A stretch of 54,097 nt of DNA, from the IMG/VR virus record IMGVR_UViG_3300046003_005296, positions 1-54,097 of that record. One strand, given 5' to 3'. The stretch's first letter is position 1; each line of letters starts with the position of its first letter. Under the pieces are notes generated by a model. It saw nothing but the letters and a program-made list of their open reading frames with translations, ran no database searches and was not told the origin of the DNA. The translations under genes were made by a program, and so were the position numbers. Positions 20,546 through 30,532 of this stretch are shown here, in pieces. Source of the stretch: a virus (Duplodnaviria > Caudoviricetes).

Positions 20546-21149
20546 TATACATTGTTTAGCATTAAATTATCGAGGTATAGGATTATTGGATCAAGATCCA
20601 ATCTATTTTCTTAAATCTACTAGTTGTTTATCAAAAGAACATTCAACTATTCCATATCCTAAATATAAAGTTGATAATGTATGGACTGAAGTTGAATTAG
20701 GAATACTAATTGGACAAGATTGTGAAAATGTATCAGAAGACGATGCGTATAATGTAATTGAAGGTTTCTTTGTTGCCGGAGATATTACATGTAATAGTAT
20801 TTATGATCGCGATCATCATTTAGCATTTTCTAAATCTAGAACTGGATTTTGTCCTATATCATCTAATGTTACGCATTTAGATTTAAGAAATAAAACATTG
20901 GAAATGAAAACATTTATAAATGGCGTAGAACTTCAATGCGGTAATACTTCAGATATGATAATGAACCCATATCAATCTTTAAGTTATATTTCCAAATTAG
21001 TTAAGTTAAATAAAGGTGATATAATTTTAACAGGAACGCCTACTACAATTAATGGCGGACCACAAGTTGATTGTTTAGTTAAACCAAATGATGTTATCAA
21101 ACATAGTATCGAATCAATTGGCGAATTAAATTATAAGTTTAGCATATGA
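20532..21149 (+). CDS. Fumarylacetoacetate hydrolase family protein
   Basis: LNY, YFLK, EVELG, DIT, KS..GFCP, GDIILTGTP; start refined to ATG 20532. Confidence 0.88.
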   Translation: MAINNIHCLALNYRGIGLLDQDPIYFLKSTSCLSKEHSTIPYPKYKVDNVWTEVELGILIGQDCENVSEDDAYNVIEGFFVAGDITCNSIYDRDHHLAFSKSRTGFCPISSNVTHLDLRNKTLEMKTFINGVELQCGNTSDMIMNPYQSLSYISKLVKLNKGDIILTGTPTTINGGPQVDCLVKPNDVIKHSIESIGELNYKFSI

Positions 21150-22036
21150 ATATATTAGTAACTGGTGGTTGTGGTTTAATTGGATCTAATTTAGTAACTG
21201 CATTAAAAAAATTAGATCATAACGTAATTACTGTAGATATTAATGAATCAGCTGATTATGTATTAGATATTAGTATGGATGATTTATTACAAATTGAAGA
21301 ACCAATTGATGTAATATATCATTTAGCAGCACAGCCATATGGAAGAGGTTCTGAAATAGATCCGTCGATGGACTTAGAATTTAATATACGAGGTACGATG
21401 CGTATTTGTTATTTAGCAGAATATAAACAAGTTAAACATATCGTATATACATCTACGATGGCTGTTTATGGAAATAATGATAACGCATCTGAAATTGATA
21501 AATTAGATCCATTATCTAATTATGCAGTAAGTAAATTATCAGCTGAATACTATCTTAAGAAATTTGCACAACAATATAATTTTACATATTCTATTCTAAG
21601 ATTATGGAATACATATGGCCCGGGCCAGGATTTATCAAATGAATACAAAGGCGTTGTTTCTGCATTTGCAAATCAAGTTATTAATAGTAATACAATCAAT
21701 GTAACAGGTTCGTTAGATAGATATCGTGATATTATTTATGTAGATGATGTAGTAAATGCATTACTATTAATGTTATCTGTTAACTATTCGGATACATTTA
21801 ATGTATCAACTGGTATTAAAACTACAATAAAAGAATTGATTCACGCTTTAATTAAAGCTAATGGTAATGAATTAATTGATTATGATATTGTTGATATTGG
21901 CGGACATCCGGGAGATCAATTCGGATGCATTGGAAATTCTGATAAATTAAAAAACTTAGGGTGGAATCCAGAAACAACATTAGAAATTGGCATTAATAAA
22001 TTTTTAACATATATAAAAGAACAAAATGCAAAATAA
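21146..22036 (+). CDS. NAD-dependent nucleotide-sugar epimerase
   Basis: TGGCGLIG, HLAA, YAVSK, NTYGPGQ, RDIIYVDD. Confidence 0.9.
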   Translation: MNILVTGGCGLIGSNLVTALKKLDHNVITVDINESADYVLDISMDDLLQIEEPIDVIYHLAAQPYGRGSEIDPSMDLEFNIRGTMRICYLAEYKQVKHIVYTSTMAVYGNNDNASEIDKLDPLSNYAVSKLSAEYYLKKFAQQYNFTYSILRLWNTYGPGQDLSNEYKGVVSAFANQVINSNTINVTGSLDRYRDIIYVDDVVNALLLMLSVNYSDTFNVSTGIKTTIKELIHALIKANGNELIDYDIVDIGGHPGDQFGCIGNSDKLKNLGWNPETTLEIGINKFLTYIKEQNAK

Positions 22037-22763
22037 AACATTAGTAGAAATACTAAAACATCATAAATGGGATTGTGATAAAGACCCGCATTGTGGAAAT
22101 AAAATGTTCCCAGGGCATACTTATCTAGAAGTATATGATCGATTATTCAGTGTATATCAACATGAAGATATCAATGTATTAGAAATTGGAATTCTGCGTG
22201 GTACTTCTATGAAATTGTGGCATGAATATTTTTCTAAAGCAACAATTTGGGGAGCAGATACATTTGAACGAACTTCTTGGGTTGGATGCACATTAAATGA
22301 AGTTACAGAAACACTTAAAGATTATACTAGAACAAAATTAGTTCAAGTAAATTCATGTTCAAATGATTTTAATGCCATGATTGAACGCAATAAGTTTTTA
22401 GAAAGTATTCCAGATGGATTTTTTCATGTTATTATCGATGATGGATCGCATGAATTAAATGATCAGGTACAAACTTATAATAACTTCAAATCTAAATTGA
22501 ATAAAGATGGAATTTATATCGTAGAAGATATTGGTATTACTAATAGTATGGCAATTGAACCAAACTTATTAATTAACGAAATTCCAGAACTTCATCTAAT
22601 TGATATGCGTTTTCCGGAAAAATATGATAACGCGCTAGCAATTTATTATGATTCAGAATCTATTCATTTTAAACATCATGATGAATATATGTTAAGTAAA
22701 CATTGGGAAACAGCGCCAGAATTTACACATGAATACATTTTAAACAAACAAAGAGAACAATAA
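22026..22763 (+). CDS. Class I SAM-dependent methyltransferase
   Basis: VLEIGI..G.S, IIDDGSH, GIYIVED. Confidence 0.85.
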   Translation: MQNKTLVEILKHHKWDCDKDPHCGNKMFPGHTYLEVYDRLFSVYQHEDINVLEIGILRGTSMKLWHEYFSKATIWGADTFERTSWVGCTLNEVTETLKDYTRTKLVQVNSCSNDFNAMIERNKFLESIPDGFFHVIIDDGSHELNDQVQTYNNFKSKLNKDGIYIVEDIGITNSMAIEPNLLINEIPELHLIDMRFPEKYDNALAIYYDSESIHFKHHDEYMLSKHWETAPEFTHEYILNKQREQ

Positions 22764-23386
22764 TGCGAGTAGTTTTAGTAAGTAAAGGACCATCTGCGAG
22801 ACATATTCCTAAGAGTGATGATTATAAAATTGCAGCATTGAATGATGCTATTATTTTATGTGAAGAAGTTGATTACTTTTTTTGTCACGATCAAGATAAT
22901 ATTGATATTATTGATCCAAATGAATGGAAAAAAGTTAAGAATTTTATTATGCCATATTATCCACAAAAGCGTCATCCAGGTGGATTTAGTGAAGATAATA
23001 ATTATCATGTTTGGATGGATGATGTATTAAAAATTAATCCAGACTGCAAATTCCATTTTGTTGCATTAGGAGTCCATGGCATGAATGGATTGATTTGTCC
23101 TTCTGATATTCCGCATATGGGAGAAACTTACTCCGTCCTACAGACAGCAGCAACTTGGTTGGGAATGAGCGGTGTTACTGAGTTGGTAACTTGTGGTATT
23201 GATCCGGAGGGAGGTTATCACCCTATGTTTGAGCACAAGTACTTAGGAGAAAGACGTAATCAGAAGTCGGTATGGACTCCAGAAATGGCTAAGGTTACAG
23301 AAGATAAATTCCACAACATAGCTAGACAGTATAATTATACTGTTTATAGACTAATGGACGATGGAACAGCCCTGCAGTCATCATAA
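22763..23386 (+). CDS. Hypothetical glycan-modifying protein (Maf/DUF115-like)
   Basis: KGPS, ALND, GID motifs typical of this Rossmann-like family. Confidence 0.45.
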   Translation: MRVVLVSKGPSARHIPKSDDYKIAALNDAIILCEEVDYFFCHDQDNIDIIDPNEWKKVKNFIMPYYPQKRHPGGFSEDNNYHVWMDDVLKINPDCKFHFVALGVHGMNGLICPSDIPHMGETYSVLQTAATWLGMSGVTELVTCGIDPEGGYHPMFEHKYLGERRNQKSVWTPEMAKVTEDKFHNIARQYNYTVYRLMDDGTALQSS

Positions 23387-23413
23387 TAATTTAAAACAAA
23401 ATAATTTAAAAGC

Positions 23414-23947
23414 ATGGAACATTTTTGGCAAAACGTAGAAGGGTACTTAGACCACTTCGACTTATATGATTTAGCTGTTAGCAAGTTTGATAAGGGAACT
23501 TTCGTTGAGATCGGAACCTTTGCCGGTCGTAGTAGTGCGTACTTGGGTACCGAGATACACAACTCAGGAAAAAAAATTAAGCTACACACTGTAGACCATT
23601 TCAGCATATCTGTCGACAGTAGTGCAAATTCTACAGACTTCTACGAACGAGTTGTGGAAACACTGAAACCACTACAACATTGCGTATCGGTTATTAAAGG
23701 CAAGTCTGTAGAGGTCTCAAAGCAGTTTGCAGATGACTCTATAGATTTTGTATTCATAGATGCATCTCACGACTATGAGAGCGTTAAGGAAGATATCGAA
23801 GCTTGGTTGCCTAAAGTTAAGGTTGGTGGTATAGTAGGAGGCGATGATTACCAATGGGAAGGTGTCATTAAAGCAGTACAAGAACTAGTACCAGATGCTA
23901 AAGCTATCGGGGTGAGAGATTCTAATTGGTTTTGGGTAAAGGAGTAA
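23414..23947 (+). CDS. Class I SAM-dependent methyltransferase (Methyltransf_24-like)
   Basis: VEIGTFAGRS, VFIDASHDYESV, GGIVGGDDY. Confidence 0.88.
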   Translation: MEHFWQNVEGYLDHFDLYDLAVSKFDKGTFVEIGTFAGRSSAYLGTEIHNSGKKIKLHTVDHFSISVDSSANSTDFYERVVETLKPLQHCVSVIKGKSVEVSKQFADDSIDFVFIDASHDYESVKEDIEAWLPKVKVGGIVGGDDYQWEGVIKAVQELVPDAKAIGVRDSNWFWVKE

Positions 23948-23950
23948 TTT

Positions 23951-24715
23951 ATGAGAATATTAAGTACATTAGCTTGTTATGCTGGTAATTCAAATCCGTA
24001 TTTAAAACCAGTAGTTGAAGAATTAAAAAAAGTATCTGATGTTGTAGTATTTTCACCAGAACGCATAGATATTGATGGTGTCACCACTGAAATTCGAGAT
24101 AAATCGTTAGGTCATTCTTTAGTTTTTGAACCTAGACAATATATGTTAGATCATTTAACAGAATATGATTATTTTTTATATAATGAAGATGATATACTTA
24201 TCAATGCTGATTCTTTATTATATGCAATCGATGTTAATGAAAAATTACAAAAACAGAACATACAATATAATGTTGGTTTTTTAAGATTTGAATTAGAAAA
24301 TGAAAAAGAAGAATTTGTAGATTTAGCTCCATATAATTCAGTTCATTTAGGCGGTAATGGCGTATCTGATATAATACGATATATAACTAAAATCAATAAT
24401 GAATATTATTTCAATGCATGGAACCCGCATAGTGGAAACTTTTTATTATCACAAAAACAAATAACATTATTAACAAACGGCAATCATTTTCCGACATCAG
24501 CTGTAGCTACCTACGCTGGTATATTAGAAAGTGGCGCAACTGGCTTTAATGATGTTATTCGTAAGTTTACCCCAATACAAGATTATAAAAAGTTAATGGT
24601 ACATCATATGAGTAATAAATACATATTCAATCCAGTTAAAGTTGATTGCAATTTATTAGATAATTTTTTTAAATTCTTACCAGAAGATTTACCACAATAT
24701 TATTTGAATTTATAA
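23951..24715 (+). CDS. Putative glycosyltransferase-like protein
   Basis: YDYFLYNEDD acidic motif; island context. Confidence 0.45.
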   Translation: MRILSTLACYAGNSNPYLKPVVEELKKVSDVVVFSPERIDIDGVTTEIRDKSLGHSLVFEPRQYMLDHLTEYDYFLYNEDDILINADSLLYAIDVNEKLQKQNIQYNVGFLRFELENEKEEFVDLAPYNSVHLGGNGVSDIIRYITKINNEYYFNAWNPHSGNFLLSQKQITLLTNGNHFPTSAVATYAGILESGATGFNDVIRKFTPIQDYKKLMVHHMSNKYIFNPVKVDCNLLDNFFKFLPEDLPQYYLNL

Positions 24716-24716
24716 T

Positions 24717-25283
24717 ATGATTGTTACAATTCACCAACCAAATTTTATGCCATGGTATCCATTTTTTCAAAAGATACAACAAGCAGATATATTTGTTTTA
24801 TTAGGACATTGTCAATTTGAAAAAAACGGATTTCAAAATCGATTCAATATGGATGGCAAATGGAATACGATGAGCGTTAAAAAAGGATTAGAATTTATCA
24901 ACACAAAACAATATATTGACGCAAAGAAAGATTGGGAACGGATTAAAAATTCTATACCAAAATATAAACATATTTTATCAGAAATGGATGATTTAATATC
25001 TGATAATTTATATCAAACGAATTCATCTATTATTCGATATCTAGTTAAAAAATTAAATATTGATACTATTATAGTAGAAGATTATGAAACAGATTTAACT
25101 TCTACTAGTAGATTAGTAGATATATGTAAAAGAAATGGCGCTACTACTTATTTAGCAGGACAAGGCGGCAAAGATTATTTAAACGAAGAATTATTCAATA
25201 TTGAAAATATACAAGTAGTATATCAAGAAAATATGAATAGGATTCACACATTGGAGTATCTAAATGAAATTTCTAAATTTTAA
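24717..25283 (+). CDS. WbqC-like protein
   Basis: IHQPNFMPW, FQNR, RLVDIC..GATTYLAGQGGKDYL. Confidence 0.85.
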   Translation: MIVTIHQPNFMPWYPFFQKIQQADIFVLLGHCQFEKNGFQNRFNMDGKWNTMSVKKGLEFINTKQYIDAKKDWERIKNSIPKYKHILSEMDDLISDNLYQTNSSIIRYLVKKLNIDTIIVEDYETDLTSTSRLVDICKRNGATTYLAGQGGKDYLNEELFNIENIQVVYQENMNRIHTLEYLNEISKF

Positions 25284-25899
25284 TAAAGTTTTATGTTTAT
25301 CTCCGCATCCAGACGATGTAGAATATAGTATGTTAGGTACTATATTAAAATACAATGAAACTAAATTTTATTTATTGCAATTAGCACAAGGTGGCGATTG
25401 TGATGAATCAACAGGCGAACATCGATTAAAAGAAGTTGAAAATGTATGGAAAACTGCAGGATGTACTAATCTGCAAATTATAAATACATCATATAAATTT
25501 ATCAAAGATATTCCAGAAGAAAATTGGATCAATTTAATTGAAACCATACTTAAGAATACAGATGAAGAATTTGATGCTATTTTTCTTCCAAATGAAACTG
25601 ATTCTCATTTCGAACATAGATATGTTTCTGGTTTTGGTTCTGCATTGATTCGTAATAGTAAAATTAGTTTGATACAATATTATACGCCAAGCACGCAAGA
25701 TGCATGGCAATCTAATTTATATGTAGATATTGAAACACAATATAATAAAAAATTAGAATCATTGAAAATGTTTACGAGTCAGCAACATCGTTATTATTTT
25801 ACTGAGGATGTGTTACGAGCATTTCATAGTGACTTTCAATGTTCTAAAAAAAAATTACATTATGTTGAAAAATATAGAATTTTAAATTTATTTGATTGA
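25264..25899 (+). CDS. PIG-L/LmbE family deacetylase
   Basis: SPHPDDVE, DSHFEH, KKL.....F.SQ. Confidence 0.88.
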   Translation: MKFLNFNKVLCLSPHPDDVEYSMLGTILKYNETKFYLLQLAQGGDCDESTGEHRLKEVENVWKTAGCTNLQIINTSYKFIKDIPEENWINLIETILKNTDEEFDAIFLPNETDSHFEHRYVSGFGSALIRNSKISLIQYYTPSTQDAWQSNLYVDIETQYNKKLESLKMFTSQQHRYYFTEDVLRAFHSDFQCSKKKLHYVEKYRILNLFD

Positions 25900-25900
25900 T

Positions 25901-26698
25901 ATGGATAATTTAGTTTTTTTATTTAAGTCACACGCACCGCACGTTCATTATACTAAACAGTTAATTGAGACAACTGCAAAACATAACAAAGATAACATTC
26001 CAGTATATGTTTCGATACCAAAACATCAAGAACAATTATTTAAAGATGTACTCGGCACATCAGATTACACAATGATATTTGATGAGGATGTTATACAAGG
26101 TTCTATAGATCAAAATTGGTTTACGCAACAATTGGTTAAAATGAAATTCAGTGAAATGAATTTATGTAACAATTATCTATGGGTAGATGGCGATTCATAT
26201 TTTATTCGAGATTTCTTTATCAGTGATTTTATGTTTGATGAAGAAACACCTTATACAACTATGCATGAAAATAAAGATTTATTTCAATGGATGGCAACTA
26301 AAGGAAATTTATTAGATAATGTTAAACAGTCATATGAACAAGATAGAAAAACCATAATGGATTTATTTGGACGTAAGGGTAAATTTTATGATTGGACATG
26401 TCCTAATTTATGGTCCGTTAAAGTTTTTGATCATATGAGAGAACATTATTTAGAACCAAATGAATTATCATATGAACAACTATTACAAGTAATCCCAGGA
26501 GAATTAATCTGGTATGGCGAATATGTTTTAGCATCAGAAGCTATACGATTAGTTCCATGCGAATCATGGTTCAAACCATTTCATTATTTAGAACAAATGA
26601 CTGATTTTAAACAACAAGGCAATACAGAAGAAACGATTGCAAAGAATTTTTTAGGTATAGTTATGCCTAGTAAAGAAACATCTCAATTAAGATTTTAA
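25901..26698 (+). CDS. DUF6492-like putative glycosyltransferase
   Basis: WFTQQLVK, YLWVDGD; start refined to ATG 25901. Confidence 0.55.
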   Translation: MDNLVFLFKSHAPHVHYTKQLIETTAKHNKDNIPVYVSIPKHQEQLFKDVLGTSDYTMIFDEDVIQGSIDQNWFTQQLVKMKFSEMNLCNNYLWVDGDSYFIRDFFISDFMFDEETPYTTMHENKDLFQWMATKGNLLDNVKQSYEQDRKTIMDLFGRKGKFYDWTCPNLWSVKVFDHMREHYLEPNELSYEQLLQVIPGELIWYGEYVLASEAIRLVPCESWFKPFHYLEQMTDFKQQGNTEETIAKNFLGIVMPSKETSQLRF

Positions 26699-26699
26699 T

Positions 26700-27422
26700 A
26701 TGTTAATAGCAACACTCAATCACAATTTACCTACATGGACAGATAATTTAGTAAATCAATTACGCCGAGATACGTACTTTGAAAAATGTGAGCTAATGGT
26801 ATTAGATAATGGTTCTTCAGAATCGTTAGCACAATCGACTACACATCGTTTAGATGAAAATATATTCTTCGGCGGAGGTTTTAATGTAGTATTAGATTAT
26901 TTTTTACAAACAGATCATGAGTATCTTTACTTTTTAAATAATGATCTTGTATTTCATGGTCCAGCATTCTTATCAACATCGATTCGAGAAGCTTTAGAAT
27001 CAGATGCATCGGTTTATTCGCCATCGGTTATCAATGCATCGATTGATCAATGTCATTGGAAACAAATGTGGAATTGGGGTCAAGGATTACGCAACGTACG
27101 TTGGATTGATTTTCAGGCTCCATTAATACGTAGAGATATCTTAGAAAAAATAAAACAGTTTCCAAATGAATTAATATACGGATGGGGCTTAGATTTTTAT
27201 GCAGGTTGTATTGCTGACCAATATGGAATGAAAACCATTGTGTCAGACAACAATACTATTGCACATATGAATTCATTAACATTTAAAGAAAACAAGATAA
27301 ATATCGGAGTCTCAGAATTTTGTAGGAACGCAGAATCAAATATGAATTCGTATTTTTTGAATTCTGAATTTAATTCCTTATATTCTAATATGAGACAATA
27401 CGGAGAAAACTATACAATATGA
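26700..27422 (+). CDS. GT2 glycosyltransferase
   Basis: LDNGS, FGGGFN, FLNND, GWGLD. Confidence 0.8.
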   Translation: MLIATLNHNLPTWTDNLVNQLRRDTYFEKCELMVLDNGSSESLAQSTTHRLDENIFFGGGFNVVLDYFLQTDHEYLYFLNNDLVFHGPAFLSTSIREALESDASVYSPSVINASIDQCHWKQMWNWGQGLRNVRWIDFQAPLIRRDILEKIKQFPNELIYGWGLDFYAGCIADQYGMKTIVSDNNTIAHMNSLTFKENKINIGVSEFCRNAESNMNSYFLNSEFNSLYSNMRQYGENYTI

Positions 27423-28561
27423 TATCACTAATTATACCTAGTTACAACAATTTGCGACATTTAAAAAATGTATATGCAAGTATTCAAAAACACGCACCAG
27501 AAGCAGAAGTTATTTTATTAGATGATGGGTCAACTGACGGCACTAAAGATTGGATACAACAACAAAACTGTATTACATATAGAAGTGAAGAACGAGTGGG
27601 CCATACAATATTATATGATAAAGGTATCGAGCTCGCTACAAATGATATAGTGGGTATCTTACACGCCGATATGATTATTGGTCCTTTGTATATCGAAAAT
27701 ATGTTAAAGCACTTACAACCAGGGAAAGTTGTATGTGCGACCCGTATAGAACCACCTTTACACCCAGAAGGAAAAGAAAAGATCATAATGGATTTCGGAC
27801 AAGACTTTGATACCTTAGATATCAATGCATTTGAAGAATTTGTTATGCATAAACAAGAAGAAGAATTAGATAAAGTAACATATGGAATGTTTGCGCCATG
27901 GATTCTTTATAAAAAAGATTTTCAAGCTATTGGAGGTCATGACCCGTTATTTGCCCCGTTCCCATATGAAGATTCAGATATCTTCCAACGTTGGATATTA
28001 GCAGGATATGAATTAATACAGAGTCGAGATGCATTTGTATATCATTTAACATGTAGAGGCCATCGATGGACAGAACAAGTAGGGCAAGATGATGATTACT
28101 TTAAACAAGTTTCAGAAAAAGCTGGCAGAAACTATTTAAGAAAATGGGGTAGCTGGATTAAAAATAACGAATGGCAGTATCCTATTATTTTACCAAAATA
28201 CAATATTGCCTTCCGCGTAGAAAATTGTTCTCAAGATTTATTGCGTTTATTAGAGCCATGTTGCGATAGAATATATTCAGATGCAGAATGGATGAAATAT
28301 ATTACGTTAGAACAACCTAAAACTAAATATGATTTACGTAAACGATGTCATTCACTAACAGACATTGATCGATATGATTATGATGATATTGTAGTTGAAA
28401 TAGACGGTAAACGATTTACTCAACAAGATTATAATTTCATAGAAAATCTATCAGCAATTATACAAGATTCGGGAGAGGTCGGTATGTTTCAATTGGGCAA
28501 TTTAAAAATATCCATCATGAACATACAAGATCTTGTAAATGAACTCATTATTTGCAAGTAA
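27419..28561 (+). CDS. GT2 glycosyltransferase with a C-terminal extension
   Basis: IIPSYN, DDGSTDGT, LHAD, IGGHD, EDSD, VYH; paralogous to 14948..15790. Confidence 0.88.
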   Translation: MISLIIPSYNNLRHLKNVYASIQKHAPEAEVILLDDGSTDGTKDWIQQQNCITYRSEERVGHTILYDKGIELATNDIVGILHADMIIGPLYIENMLKHLQPGKVVCATRIEPPLHPEGKEKIIMDFGQDFDTLDINAFEEFVMHKQEEELDKVTYGMFAPWILYKKDFQAIGGHDPLFAPFPYEDSDIFQRWILAGYELIQSRDAFVYHLTCRGHRWTEQVGQDDDYFKQVSEKAGRNYLRKWGSWIKNNEWQYPIILPKYNIAFRVENCSQDLLRLLEPCCDRIYSDAEWMKYITLEQPKTKYDLRKRCHSLTDIDRYDYDDIVVEIDGKRFTQQDYNFIENLSAIIQDSGEVGMFQLGNLKISIMNIQDLVNELIICK

Positions 28562-28574
28562 TCTCTTTTGTCAT

Positions 28575-28583
28575 ATATTTATA
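28575..28583 (+). promoter_or_regulatory. Class II motif ATATTTATA upstream of the lysis cassette
   Basis: Intergenic; followed by a GGGAG RBS and ATG 28600. Confidence 0.55.
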
Positions 28584-28599
28584 CAAAAAGGGAGAATTT

Positions 28600-28851
28600 A
28601 TGGCAAAGTTTACAGACATTTTTAAAAATTCAAATGACTTTAATGAAAAAACTATTATCGGTTTTATGTCATTTGCAGTAATGACCATTGCAATGTTTGT
28701 TGATTTAATTACCGGATATTTCGGTAATGAATTAAAATTGAATGAGTACATTTATAATTCATTCGTTGTTGTTACATTAGGTAGCTTAGGTATTGCAGGT
28801 TTAGAAAAATTTGCAGGCAAAGGAAAAGATACTACTACTGAGGAAGAATAA
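28600..28851 (+). CDS. Small two-TM membrane protein (holin-like)
   Basis: Two hydrophobic segments and a charged C-terminus, coupled to the endolysin; start refined to ATG 28600. Confidence 0.6.
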   Translation: MAKFTDIFKNSNDFNEKTIIGFMSFAVMTIAMFVDLITGYFGNELKLNEYIYNSFVVVTLGSLGIAGLEKFAGKGKDTTTEEE

Positions 28852-29462
28852 TGAGTTTAAAAAGTTTACAAGAAAAAATTGGTGTTACGGCAGATGGAGC
28901 ATTTGGACCGGGCACAATGAAAAAAGCAATGGAGTTTTATAAATTAACTCCAGTTAGAGCAGCTCACTTTTTTGCGCAAACGTCACACGAAACGGGCGGC
29001 TTTAAAGCATTTTCAGAAAATTTAAATTATTCAGCATCAGGTCTACAAGGGATCTTTGGAAAATACTTTCCTGGAACATTAGAAGAGTCTTATGCGCGGC
29101 AACCAGAAAAGATTGCCAACCGAGTGTATGCAAGCCGAATGGGGAATGGCGATGAAGCATCAGGGGATGGTTGGAAGTATCGGGGCCGAGGTGCACTACA
29201 ACTCACAGGAAAATCGAATTATCAAGCATTTGCAGAATATCTTAAAAAACCAGAAATACTAGATACCCCAGATCTAGTTGCAACAACATATGCATTTGAA
29301 TCGGCAATGTTCTTTTTTGATCGTAATAAACTTTGGTCTATTTGTGACCAAGGCGTTAATGATGCAGCTATCTTAGCATTGACAAAAAGAATCAATGGCG
29401 GAACTCATGGTTTAGAAGATAGAAATGCTAAAACTAAAAAATATTACCAATACGTAAAATAA
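28851..29462 (+). CDS. GH19 endolysin with a short peptidoglycan-binding N-terminus
   Basis: ADGAFGPGT, FFAQTSHETGG, ENLNYS, YRGRGALQLTGKSNY, RINGGTHGL. Confidence 0.92.
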   Translation: MSLKSLQEKIGVTADGAFGPGTMKKAMEFYKLTPVRAAHFFAQTSHETGGFKAFSENLNYSASGLQGIFGKYFPGTLEESYARQPEKIANRVYASRMGNGDEASGDGWKYRGRGALQLTGKSNYQAFAEYLKKPEILDTPDLVATTYAFESAMFFFDRNKLWSICDQGVNDAAILALTKRINGGTHGLEDRNAKTKKYYQYVK

Positions 29463-29478
29463 TATTGAGGAAATTAGT

Positions 29479-30072
29479 ATGAGTTGTTATACAAGAGAAC
29501 AAATTGAAGCTGCAGTAAAAGCCAAAGGATATGCTTGGTTTGAAGGAGCAAAAGATTTTGATGTTAACATTGTCGGAGTTAGAAATTCTGATACTGGAAA
29601 TAAAGTAACCAACGCATTTGATGATTGCATCACGATTTCATATAAAGAAGGCGGCGAATGGAAATCACATTGTTGGCCTGCAACAACCGACCCGGGTAAG
29701 AAAGGTGTTCAACAATATCATAATGCAGCAGGCGTTGCTCGATTAGTAGAAGGTCAGTATAGAGGATCTCACACTTTAGGTTTACATCAAGGTAAATATG
29801 AAGCGTTAAAGCAACAAAAACCGGTTAAGGTTTATCGCGATCCAAATCGTGATTTAACTTATGATGAGAATAAAATAGCTGAAGGGGTATTTGGAATTAA
29901 TATTCACAAAGCTGGAGCTGATTCAACATATGTAGAGAATTGGTCAGAAGGTTGTCAGGTGTTTAAAAAAGCAGCTGATTTTGAATCATTCATGGCTGTT
30001 TGTCGCAAAGCTGCAGCAATTCATGGTAAATCATTTACATATACGTTAATCGAATCAGCGGACATTAAATAA
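29479..30072 (+). CDS. Putative cell-wall enzyme with a YkuD/L,D-transpeptidase-like motif
   Basis: GINIHKAG...WSEGCQV (H...SxGC); lies between endolysin and holin. Confidence 0.5.
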   Translation: MSCYTREQIEAAVKAKGYAWFEGAKDFDVNIVGVRNSDTGNKVTNAFDDCITISYKEGGEWKSHCWPATTDPGKKGVQQYHNAAGVARLVEGQYRGSHTLGLHQGKYEALKQQKPVKVYRDPNRDLTYDENKIAEGVFGINIHKAGADSTYVENWSEGCQVFKKAADFESFMAVCRKAAAIHGKSFTYTLIESADIK

Positions 30073-30497
30073 TGAAAACAACTACATTAACAACAGTCGG
30101 TATATATTCAGCGAGTACGATAATGGCATTTATCTGCACTTATTTTTTCAACTTAGCAATGGCAAATTCAGATCAATATTTGGCATTGGTTGGAGTAGTA
30201 ATGGCAGATGGCTTCTTTGGTGTAATTGCTGGAGTAAAACGAGAAGGGTTTCAAACCTTTAAAGCACTTAAAGTTTTGAAAACTTTAGTAAGTTGGATTA
30301 TTTTACTTACAACGTTGTTAATGGTAGAAAAAGGATTTAAAGGGACTAGTTGGTTAAGTGAGACCGTTCTAGTCCCTTTTATTATATTTCAATTAATTAG
30401 TGCATTAAAAAATGCATCAATGGCAGGCTTCATTAAAATGGAAGCATTGAATGCAATTCTAGACAAAGTAGATCTACATAAAGGCGATCGTAAATAA
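30072..30497 (+). CDS. Phage holin family protein
   Basis: Several TM segments, D..FG..AG and ISALKNA pattern. Confidence 0.65.
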   Translation: MKTTTLTTVGIYSASTIMAFICTYFFNLAMANSDQYLALVGVVMADGFFGVIAGVKREGFQTFKALKVLKTLVSWIILLTTLLMVEKGFKGTSWLSETVLVPFIIFQLISALKNASMAGFIKMEALNAILDKVDLHKGDRK

Positions 30498-30498
30498 T

Positions 30499-30527
30499 TT
30501 GGATATAATCTTAATATTCCTTATTAT
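30499..30527 (+). promoter_or_regulatory. Class I promoter TTGGAT-N17-TATTAT
   Basis: 30499-30504 and 30522-30527, ATG at 30533. Confidence 0.6.
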
Positions 30528-30532
30528 TTATT

